Assembly: GCA_964270895.1 (NCBI GenBank)
Contig: OZ185436.1
DNA: 64,000 bases
Source of the DNA: Podarcis filfolensis
Taxonomy: Eukaryota
Reading direction: 5' to 3' (one strand)
Below, in pieces: positions 1 to 11,700 of the stretch. Under the pieces are notes generated by a model. That model searched no databases. It had not been told where the DNA came from and worked only from the letters and a program-made list of their open reading frames with translations. Each line of letters opens with the position of its first letter. Positions within the stretch are counted from its first letter, which is position 1. The translations under genes were made by a program, and so were the position numbers.

Positions 1-404
1 CTGAGATAGAAGAATAGGGCTTGATTTGGATGCCTGGAAGCACTTGGGCCGCTGAAGGAAGAGACTTGATTTGCCCCAGCAAAACTAAGAGCATCTCCTT
101 GCTGAATAACTCCCTGCCTCTATAACACATTTCTCACAGATCATTCAGCAACATAAGAACTATATGCTTCTGTTTAAGGTCTGATCATGCAATGACTAGA
201 TTCTAGAATGCAGTAATGTGTTTGAAGCCAAAGTGGCCCTGATGTTAAATTATTTGACCAAGGACATTTGGGCTCATTTGCAGCCATTTTTTGGGCAATG
301 CATAGTCCATATTAACTTTGTACTTTTGTGTGATACTTTGGGATATATTGTGTTCCACTGAGCGAAAGTCCTATATTTTCCATGTGGGGAAGATATTTAT
401 AATA

Positions 405-630
405 CAGTGGTACCTCAGGTTAATAACTTAATTCATTCCGGAGGTCCATTCTTAACCTGAAACTGTTCTTAACCTGAAGCACCACTTTAGCTAATGGGGC
501 CTCCTGCTGCCGCCGCGCTGCCGCCACACAATTTCTATTCTCATCCTGAAGCAAAGTTCTTAACCCGAGGTACTATTTCTGGGTTAGCGGAGTCTGTAAC
601 CTGAAGCGTCTGTAACCAGAGGTACCACTG
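405..630. mobile_element. Tigger/pogo-like Tc1-mariner MITE
   Basis: TA|CAGTGGTACCTC...GAGGTACCACTG|TA; TIRs and TA target duplication. Confidence 0.85.
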
Positions 631-1575
631 TAATTATAGATAATGCATCAGTAGGTTTTGCAGTTATGAAGTAGATCATGGGCTGCACGAATGCTACTTT
701 TTCTTCATGCGCATAGCTTGCGCTAAAACATAAGCATTGACTTGTTAGGCAGCTAAAGGTCCCTGTAGCTCAGCATTTTGTTTCCAAAAGTGGCTAGCCA
801 GATGCCCCTGGGAAGCTTACAAGTACGGCATGATGAAGATAGCCACCCCTTCATTGGGGTGACTTGCTTCTAAACATGGAGTCGCCATTTTCAGCTATTA
901 TGGCTGGTAGCCACAACCATATTCTACCATTTGCTCTTAACCACACCTGACCATTGTGTGGTTTTAATAACAATAATTCTTGTTAAAAATTTAATTTGCC
1001 TGTTGCATCCCCCCCCCCCGATTTTTATTTCCAGTTAAATAACTCAATCATCCAGAAGTATTTGGCTGTGCCATCATTTTAAAAAAACAAACTGATAAGG
1101 TGCACTTTCCAATCCACTCCTCTAAGACAGCTTTATATTTCATCCTGAGTTTTAACATGGAAACTTGTACATGTGAATTTATTTAGAAAACTAAAAACAC
1201 AAGGGGAAGTGGAGCAGCACAAAGCTATTCACTTACCAAAGAAAACTTCTGGACACAGTAACATGCTTCATGTGGTCTGCAGAGCAAAGGTGTTCAGAAA
1301 CTGCAGATAGGTAAAATGTAATTTGAGAGAAAGCTGTGGACGATATGTAAATAAACCCTTTGTTTCAATTCCTACCTTGGTCAGGCTGCCATTGGGTGGT
1401 CCCAAGAAAAAACGTTAGTGCTTAGACTTGCTTCCTCAGCTAGAATGTGGAAAAAAGCTGTGTCCTACTCCTTATATTTTATCCTATAAATAGACTGTGT
1501 TCACAGCCCTTACCCATAGAAATAGGCCTGGTTCTAAATAAAAATAAACATGTTGCTTCACATAAGTCAGTAAAG

Positions 1576-2399
1576 GTAGGTGAAGGTAAAGGACCCCTGA
1601 ATGGATAAGGCCAGTCAAAGGTGACTATGGGATGCAGCACTTTATCTTGCTTTCTGGTTGAGGGAGCCGGCGTTTGTCTACAGACAGCTTTCTAGGTCAT
1701 GTGGTGTCCGGGAACTGACATCGGAGCCAGAGGTGGAGGCAAGGCTCCCAAGCGATGCTGGAGAAGGGCTCAGCAGGGAGAGAGGGAGCTCATCGGCTGG
1801 GGAAGGAAATCAGCGTAACACCAGGGATAAAGGGGGGCAGATGGGGGAATCGGCGAGGGGGCTCCAGGACTCCTCGCCGGAGACCAGCGGGGAGAGCACG
1901 GGTCCTCCGCTACCCATACCCACCCTGCGCAGAAGACTTCCGCGCAGGGAAAGTAGGCGTAGACTTGGCGTCAAAGAACTTCTTTGCTGGGAGAAGTTCA
2001 AGAAACGCCCACTGACGGATTCTGCTAGCGACTGAAACAGCCACGAAGTGAAGGGCTGTCCAGCCAGAAAAAGGTTTAACCAGGCAACCTAGCCAGGAGT
2101 GGCAGCAACTTACGCACGAGCAACCCCATATAACCATTACATGTGGCTAGTATGATTAAACCGCTTCTGGCACAACGGAACACTGTGAGGGAAGCCAGAG
2201 CGTACGGAAACCTCATTTACCTTTCCGCTGCAGCGGTACCTATTTATTTACTTGCACAGGTGTGCTTTCAAATTGCTAGGTTGGCAGAAGCTGGAACAGA
2301 GCAACAGGAGCTCATCCCATCTCGGGAAATCGAACCACTGATCTTCTAATCGGCAAGCCCAAGAGGCTCTGTGGTTTAGACCACAGCGGCACCCACTCC
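1576..2399 (-). mobile_element. Older Sauria SINE interrupted by a solo LTR
   Basis: Reverse of the head (ggcacccactccc), body and (accttt) tail; aligns to other copies once 1705-2141 and one TSD are removed. Confidence 0.85.
1705..2141. mobile_element. Solo LTR (437 bp) with 5-bp TSD
   Basis: TGT...ACA termini; TGTGG at both 1700-1704 and 2142-2146; GC/CpG-rich. Confidence 0.8.
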
Positions 2400-2621
2400 C
2401 TCAGTAGCACTGCCTCTTTTAGGGTTTGCCTCTGTTGCATTTTCTCCTCCTCCATAGTTTTGGCTTTTTCTGAATCCTGCACCTGTGCCTCTTGGTAGAA
2501 CCTATTCCAACACACGTGTTTTGTGTGCTTCCAAAGGAAGCTAAGTGAACTAAGTAATGTTGCTTTGCAGTCACTGTCAAGATCAGGTTGAGTAAGCTGT
2601 GACTTATCCTTTGATTGGCAG

Positions 2622-2735
2622 GGAGACGAAGATGATGAAAATGCTAGGCCTCTCGCTGAGTCACTGCTTCTGGCCATTGCGGATTTGCTCTTTTGTCCAG
2701 AATTCACTGTCCAGAGCCACCGAAAAAACAATGTG
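2622..2735 (+). CDS. HID1: HID1 coding exon (~4)
   Basis: ggcag|GDEDDENARPLAESLLLAIADLLFCPEFTVQSHRKNNV|gtgagt. Confidence 0.93.
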
Positions 2736-5700
2736 GTGAGTTCAATAATTTGATTTTGTTCTATCCTGACAGGTTACTGTTGCAGCTCAGTAATACTTAG
2801 TAGTCATGATTAGGATTGCACTGTGAGTTTTGAATAAAGCCCTGCTTAGAATGTTAACAGAAAATATCCACACCTATAGGTCCCAATTCAGCACACCTAG
2901 GCAAGCTTACGCAACAGGTTTGCCTAACTCTGTGTTGGGTGTAGGGCATAGCATGCTTCTCCATGAGTTCGTATTCCATTTGCAAGTAGCATGGTAAACA
3001 TAGTGCATTTAACATTAGACTGATGACCCAAAATTTGATGAACCCATAAAAATCATAATTGTGAATCTTTCAGATATCTGTTTCTTTTAAATTACCTTTT
3101 GGTTTCTGATCCTTTGGCACACTGCAGTAATCTCCAAAAGCTTGTTTTTACATTTCTTTCCTTTTCCTTTGTCATATTTTAACATGTTTAAGTAGTAATT
3201 CATCTTGAGGCTATTTGGTAACAGGCATGCATAATACGCAATAATTAAATACTATTAGCAAGGACTTTTTAAAAATAAAAATGGACGGGTGCCTTTGGAC
3301 TCTGTGGAAGAGCCTTGGTACAATATGTGTAGCCTGTGGCTTCTTTTGATGGCAAGGGTTCTTGCACAGACCTCTGTGTGTTGGGTAGAAATTACTATTG
3401 TCATAGTGCGTCATTCTAGGGGCCTCCAGCAATATTGAAGAGCTGTTGACTGCAGAATAGTGACTCATGTATGGGAAAATTAGTGTGACTAATGCTGAAT
3501 CTACCCCCTGTGCCTTCCTATTTGGTGGGGTGTGCTTGAAAATAGTTTTCTACATGGCTGGCCTCTGAACACCTGATGTAACTAGATATGGGTGAATCAG
3601 TTTAACATGTCAGTCTTGCATACATTCATAAATCCATTATATTTACTCATTAATCTGTGATTTATTTATTTTTTAAAATAGACTACCAAAATGCAATAAG
3701 TACATTTCTAAACGGATTTTTTTACCCCAAAATATGCTTTTTACACATTTCATATACTTTTCAGTCCAAGAAGTAGGTCATGAAATTCATAGAAGTGCAA
3801 ATTTAAATATACAATTATTTTCTTAACCAGCGCACATTTGTGCCATTTGCTTAAAATGCATACGGGATGAAATTGCCCTCCATCCTCAGCTATAGCAACG
3901 CACCACCCTGCAAAGGCTAGCACCAGTTATTGGGTTAAGGAATCTACACTGGATTCAAAACCAAGTTGGTTGTAGGGGTTCAGGAGCACCACAAGATCCT
4001 TCTGCCTCTCTTCCTCACTACCACTGCATGATGCTTTCAAGCTGCTGAGGAGTAAGTGATGTAAATAGAGTCGGACTATTTGGCCTGTTCTGTCAAATTA
4101 GGAAGCTTTTCTCTTCCATGAGTTTTGTGCTGTTCTTGGAAAAACTAAATTGGAGTTGCCTGGTACAAACTGTCCAAGGAGTGTTGCTGGCAGAGTGTTG
4201 TGGTGTTGTTGAGTGAACCTTTAACTGGGTTGCTGACACTGTCCCCATTACTGCGTCTCAGCCATTGTGATCATTGCACCATCTTGCTTCTTTCATTGGC
4301 GTTCTAATTGAGGCAAGGTTAGCTCGGCAGAAGTATCCTTTAGCTCACTGGACACATTTTATGCCATGCTCCTTTTTTTAATTCTGCTGATTGAACTTAC
4401 GTCTGAGAGAGATTTTTAAAAGCCCTGAGTGACTTACAAAAAATCCCCCAAAACTTATTTGATTGTTTGCCTTCAGTGAAATGGTGGCTCCATGGGGAGA
4501 TTGCAGCTGTTGGATTGAGCTTAAAAGTTGTACTCCTCTACAGAAGGTGATGCTCTGCACGATTGTGCCTTAGCAGGCAGGCAGAGTTGGTTGCCGCTCC
4601 AGCCATTCAAACTGTTGTCCTGTCTCTGTGTTGGGATGTGTGAGGTTGACCATTATATAATGGAAATCCTGAGGCATTGGGCAAGAGTTGTAAATGCCAC
4701 TCCGTGTGTGCCAGGGAAAGGATAACACAGAACTTTCTTAATTAAAGCACCGGAATGATTTGTTTTAATGATGCCAGATGCCCTTAATTTGAGCACGTTA
4801 ATCTGAGGCCCCTTTTGCCTCAGCTGCTCCTGAAAAGCAAAATAAAACGCCACTGTATTCAATGGCTGCTTGTTTCCATAAAAGTGGTCCCAGTGATTTG
4901 TTTGTGGCACAGAATAGAGCGTGTTGCTGCCAAAAAAACAATACTGGGAAAATAAGAGAAGGGCAAAGTGGTCAACCTTAATAAAGCTGGATACAAAGGA
5001 AAAGCTTCTTAAATTTATAACTGTTTTCAGTGTGTGCTGGTGGGAAGGGGGTCTTCATGTGAGTAATGATTTATTGGCCTTGAAAAGCGGCAGCAAGAAT
5101 ATGGATGAACTAGTATTGGAATGTGCCCTTTTCTGTATAGAAGAAGAGCTATTCGTGGCTAACTACACTATTGTGGGATCTGTTTGCTACTAAACATGTC
5201 TGAGACTACCTGATTTGTCCTAGATGATAGTCCAGAATGCAAGATTAGAAATAACAGTGTCTTGTGGCATCATTTCTTGTACCATAAGCTTTTTTGGACC
5301 AGATGCCAGCTTCCCAGATGCATGACGTGCTCATCTAAACAGAAGATTGAAAATAGCCACACATTTTCAGTTATATTCAACGGAGTCATTCCATTAGCAC
5401 AAGGACTTCCACCTGCACAACAGGGCTTCCTCTTTTCTCACCACACACCCCTGTGCCCCCCTCATCTCCTTTGTGGGTGTGATTGTGGGTGCCAGGGGCA
5501 CATGGGGAAAGGAAGCCATGTCACACTAATGGAACAACCTTGTCATAACTCTGCCTTTCTAAATTGTAAACTAATATAAATGCATACACCATCAGTTCCT
5601 ACAAACAACAAAACATAACATGGCTGTGTGTTGCGATGTGTGGCATTCAAGGCCGGAACTGAATGTTGTTTGTTCTGCATTTTTAAGTGGCTTCACTTAC

Positions 5701-8700
5701 GTCTGCTGGGCTAATATGCAGATTGGAACATGACTATGTTTTGGATTTCGTGCTTCTCCAAGTTTTGCAATACGGTTCTTGGCTCAAAAACGTACCAAAA
5801 TTTGTTAACGTGTGTTTTAGGATAAAAGATGATTAGAAATTCACTCATTGGCATAAACTGTGGGAGGAATTCAACCTTGTCATATTACGATCGTTCTGTC
5901 GATGCAAACATTTCAGCTTGCCAGATAGAACGACACCCCCCTCTCCTTCCATGTGTTGTTTTTGGGGTTCTCCCAACTCCCACCTCCCCGAGCCAATTTT
6001 GAAGGGCATGGGAGGGAAGAAAGAGGAGAAGCCCTACTGCACAAGTGGAAGTCCTTGTGCAGGTGTCTCCTGATTGGACTCATTAGTTGAAACCTGCTCT
6101 GTGTATTTAAACACCTATTTTGTGATAAATATGTATTTAATTATGTATCTGAATTCATAATGTTTTTGTATGGATTTTTAAAACTTTGGAAAAGGGAAGA
6201 CAACAGACTTCTGAACACACACAGTAAATCAGCAGCGACTGGAAATAGACTGATTGGTCTATCCCTAGTAGCCCTATATCGCTTCTCTGCTGCTTGAAAC
6301 TCTCAGATCCTTTTAATCTATATACAAGAGATCCTTGGCATAAGGAGGTATTTACCCAGATCTTGGTTATCTTGGCCATTCATTCAGCTGGAAGATTCAG
6401 CAGGAGCCTCTGCTAGTAAAAAGACAACGTAAATCCCACTTCCGGTTTGCATGAGTATTTATCTTTCATCTCCTGACTTCTTTTCCAGGACACAGCTGAG
6501 GATATCCATGCAATTGACAGCTGTGAATACATCTGGGAGGCTGGTGTTGGGTTTGCTCACTCCCCACAGCCCAGCTACAACCATGACTTGAACAGGTAAG
6601 AACATCAAAAAATACTCCAGAAGAGACAAAAGGAGAGCTGGCAGGATGATTGGCACTATACTGAAATGTGAGCATCTCAATAGACCTTTCTTTGTATGGG
6701 CGAAAGCTAGGTGCTAATAACCTTATGGTATTGAAGACTAGGACTAAATTAATTTCATATATGGGGGGGTGGTTTTTTTTCTACTCAAGTCCGCATTCTA
6801 GATGGTCTCTGATAGAATATGAAAACCAAGGCATCATCGACATATGAAGTTGCACAAGCTAACAGTGCTAATGCAAAGGCTACATCGGGCATTGCATTGC
6901 ATTTTATTTCCCGCTGTAACTGTTTTGCTTAGATGGGCTCCATGGAATAGGGCCAAACAAAAGACACAATGCTTGTTGTTTAGTCGTGTCTGACTCTTCG
7001 TGACCCCATGGACCAGAGCACGCCAGGCACTCCTATCTTCCACTGCCTCCCACAGTTTGGTCAGAATCATGTTTGTAGCTTCGAGAACACTGTCCAACCA
7101 TCTCGTCCTCTGTCATCCCCTTCTCCTTGTGCCCTCCATCTTTCCCAACATCAGAGTCTTTTCCAGGAAGTCTTCTCTTCTCATGAGGTGGCCCAAGTAT
7201 TGGAGTCTCAGCTTCAGGATCTGTCTGCTAATAGCTACTTATTGTGAATGGGAGAATACATATGTGGCCTGTGGCTCCTGATGGCTAAAGGAATAGCACT
7301 CCTAGAAAAAGCATGTCTTTGATAAGAGAAGAAAACTACTCAGTGACCACTTACAAAGGCCAACACGAAGAAAAATGCATTTAGTAATGTATATTGAGCT
7401 GGTGATTGATGAAAGGTTGCTCAGCTGACATTGTAACTGAGAATCTGAAACTACCCCTCCATTAGCTCTCCATTCCTTACAGCCTCATGCAACTGGGATT
7501 TCTTGCTGTTGTGTTTTTCAGGACAGAGCTCCTGAAGCTCCTGCTGACTTGTTTCTCAGAGGTCATGTACCTGCCCCCCTCCTCAGATAGCAACTCAAAT
7601 CCCTGGGTCCAGTTTTTCTGCTCCACGGAGAATAGGTGAGAGGTAGCTGACTGTATGTGGTGGATACTTTGGAGCAATATAGTTTAATCCAAATCTGTTA
7701 GCCTAAGAAGTTATATAGCAGGCATCCCCAAGCTCGGCCCTCCAGATGTTTTGGGACTACAATTCCCATCATCCTTGACCACTGGTCCTGTTAGCTAGGG
7801 ATGATGGGAGCTGTAGTCCCAAAAACATATGGAGGGCCGAGTTTGGGGATGCCTGTTCTATAGACATGGTATCTCTCTTTTGCATGTTGCCCCCCCCCCC
7901 TTTTTTGGGTGTTTCACTATATCTGCCTTACAGATGTCCACACTTGCCTAGCTTTATTTACAACTCACACGCGTTGCCCAAATAGGTGATATATTCTATG
8001 CCTCATACTGGTTCACTGTACTCCAATTTCTGAAGTACAAGCAAGTAGACCGGGTGGACTTTCTATATTGGTTTCCAATTGTGGCTTCAAATATTCTGAC
8101 CACTGTACGTATTTGGTTATACCTGGATTGCAATCCTTGATTCCTGATGAATGCCTGCCCTCTGGTGTTCATCTCTTGCAGTCTTCTGCCTTTCAAAAGG
8201 CTTAAGCGCCTTCATTGGTCTAGAATATGACTGGATTTATCCAACCAGCACTCCTGAGCTGAGTGGTATAGCTTTCCTTTTGCTGCATCAGTTGATGTGA
8301 TAAAATCAGTTGCTGGCAGCCTTTTTCATGCCTACCTTTGCAGATGATTCAAAATGGTTTTTTATTCTTAGCACTGTGGTGGAGCAAGCTCCAGTGACAG
8401 TGCTATTTCTGTCCCTATGTAATGGAAGGGAGCAAGTGCCAAGTGTGTAAGTAAGCCTTGTGCCACTTAAAAAAAGACTTAATCATGCACACAAAGCAGT
8501 GTTGGAGAGGAAGAGTGCGTCAGAGAATTAAAACAAAACAAAAGGCAGCCCTTCGTTGTCTATGAAAGAGGTAGCTTTGTTGATGTCCACTTCTTTCCCC
8601 ACTGCCCTTAAAAAGAGAGAGAGCAATAAGAGCATTTCACTGCCTGTTACCATGGCAGGAGGAACGTCTCTGTAAAGCAGGAAAACAAATAAACTCCTTT

Positions 8701-11700
8701 ATGCTCATAAAATTGCACGGTATATGAGTGGGTGCTGTTTTTTTATTGTCTGTTGTAAATTGCTTTGGGAAAATGTTTTGTTAAAGGGATAGGGTATGTT
8801 TTAATTGCATATTGCTAGTGATGCCACAAGCACTTTGCCCAACTATTTTATACAGTAGAAGATTTGTATAACAGCAGCACTTAAGTAGCGATGAAATATA
8901 TATATTTTTATTACAGCTGTATGGGTTATAATGGTTCCATTCAAGTTTATGTTGACACACTTATGGAATAATGCTTCATTTATCTAGATGGCTAGGAAGA
9001 ATAATCTAAAAATATCAGATAATGCCTCAGAATAAGTGTCTCCCCCCCCCCCCTTTTCACTAATCCATGCTGTCCCTGAGGCATACAGGTTTCTACCCTT
9101 TCACATAGTAGTGAATCAGTGCTAAGAGAATGCACACCTTATAGAAAGTACGGCTGCCTTTGGAAAGCTTTGAAGAGTTTTTCATCCCCAGTGCAACTTC
9201 TTGAGCATGTTGGATCCTCTTTTAGGCATGCGCTTCCACTGTTCACTTCCCTCTTGAATATCGTCTGTGCTTATGATCCAGTGGGCTATGGGATCCCATA
9301 TAACCACTTGCTCTTCTCGGACTATCGCGAACCCCTGGTGGAGCAGGCTGCCCAAGTCTTGATAGTCACCCTGGACTATGACACTTCCACCAGCTCCAGC
9401 CCCACAGTAGATGGAACTACCACTGGAACAGTCATGGATGATGCTGATGTGAGTTGCTCCCAAGTTTAGCTGTGTTTCTTGTACTGAGGGGAGGATGGAT
9501 TCCCTTTCTAGAGAAGTTTGTGGGTACACATTTATTTATAAAATTTATACACCTCAAAGAGTAACTCTCCAGCTGGAATTTTTGTGTTCCTGTGTTCTGC
9601 ATTTTCTGTATGTGTCTGTCATGAGACCAGTCTCAAAAATTGCCCAGACTCACACAAGAGTCTTTTTGGTCAGGCTGAAGGTCCTGAAACTGCCAGATGT
9701 TGCATACACCGCCCCCCTTCAGGAGCCTCTGGGAAGGAAAAGTCATTTTTTGGTGGGGAGAGACAGTTTTGTTGCAGATAAGGAGCATGGGGGAGAGAGT
9801 TTGCATGCAACATGTAGTTTGGGTTTTGGGAGAAGATCAGATGGTGTCTAAACAGGTAAATGGATTTGTCCCTATTAAAAAGCCCAATAAATTAAAAAAG
9901 GGAAGTTCAAAAACTAATATGTATATATCATAAATTCACCACAATGTGAAATGCAGTGGGATGACTGACTTCTACTGAAGTTTGAGTACTCTGCCCTCTC
10001 TCAATAGTGCATACTTCAGTATAGTGCTGTTTTGAAAACCTCTTTTCAAGCTGTCTTTTGCTAAGAGACAATTGTAGTGATCACGGTAAATCTGAGACAT
10101 GAACTCCCCATCATCCTAAGAGCTTAGTGGTGCATTTGTTTCCCCTTAATACTGAAATAACTTCTTCTGAATCCCTGACCTGTATTAATGTGCATACTAA
10201 CTAGCTCATTTCAGGGCATTCCACACACTGCAGTCGTAGCACACGTGATTGTTTTGGTTTCATTCTGCTTTTCTTCCTGTCCCCATGCTGGGAAGGTATC
10301 CCATGCTCGCTCTCAAAACGAGCAGAGATGAAAGGAGCACTCTAGCCCTTCCTTTTCTTGCTCAGGTGAGGGAGCTAACTGGTCTTTATTGGAGGGGAAG
10401 GTCATCTTTGTACTGAAACACTCCTTTTTAGCCAAACTGATGCTCAGTCTTCAAATCTTAGAATGCTTTCAGCTGTCTGTCCCAATATACTTTGTACTAA
10501 GAATGCTCTGAAAAGTATTACAGTTCATACTGTTCTGTGAGGCAAACTGCATGCTACACGGAGATGTAAATACTGAAGCCCCAATGTCGTTAGTGTTGAA
10601 AGAAAAACAGCTTTGGAGGTGGGAAGAGGGCTTATGCCTTTCCCTTTACAGCCATTTTTTTCCAAACCAAATCACACATCCTCCATTGCTCCTCCCCTGT
10701 GCGGCCCTGAAATTGTTGGGTGCTAGCAGAGGTAATTCATTTTATAGGATAATTACCGCAAGCCTTCTAACTTTGCAGAGCTTTCCACTCCAAGCAGAAA
10801 TCTTTGTGTGACAATTAAAACCTTGCATGTTATCAATAGTACTATTGGGAACCACTTCCTATTTTTGTGTGCAAGTCAATTTTTAGAGTTAATAGCATTC
10901 CTTATATAATAAGCAAAGTAAGTAGTCTAGTCTAGATGTTAAGATGCTAGTCTGGATGCTAAGTATTGACTTTGGTCAGCAGCACTGCTGTACGTTGCAT
11001 CCTCAAAATGGAAGGTATATCACTTGGCTTGCTGCTAAATTCTATGAATAGAAGCACTTTTATACCAAATCCTGTTCTGTGTATTACTGATCCCTAACTG
11101 AGTGAATTTGTCAAATATTAGAATTTTCTGACAATTTGGTGAAAATGTCAGTTGCCAGAGAATGCAAATAACTTTTTATATGCCCTTAATTACCAATGTA
11201 AATGCTGAGAAGTGCTATCTCAACTTCCCTGCAGCCTCCAGGACCAGACAACCTGTTTGTCAATTACCTGTCCAGGATACACAGAGAAGAGGTATTGTGC
11301 CATATTCTTCTTTTGACTACTTACTGGGCTAGCCTTGAGCCCATTTACATTATCTTTGTTGACAGGACTTGTTTATTCCATTTACATTATCTTTTTTTGG
11401 CAGGATTTTCAATTCATTCTGAAAGGAGTGGCCCGTCTACTCTCCAACCCACTGGTCCAAACCTACCTGCCAAACTCTACCAAGAAGATTCAGTTCCACC
11501 AGGAGCTCCTGGTTCTCTTCTGGAAACTCTGTGATTTCAACAAGGTGCACATCTGTTGGGTCTGCCAAAGAATCAAGAGGGGGAGAGATCTGTGCCTGCT
11601 CAAAGCAAGCAATAGAATAAGGGAATCTTAGTGATAGCAACTAGGGACGTGTGGGTTATCTAGTTGGCAGTTCTCCTCTTTCCCCTGACCTCCTTCCCCC

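Noticed and set aside
1658-2035. 125-aa ORF (and overlapping 86-aa ORF)
   Set aside because: It starts in the SINE and runs through a GC-rich LTR where stop codons are rare; I recognise no protein similarity.
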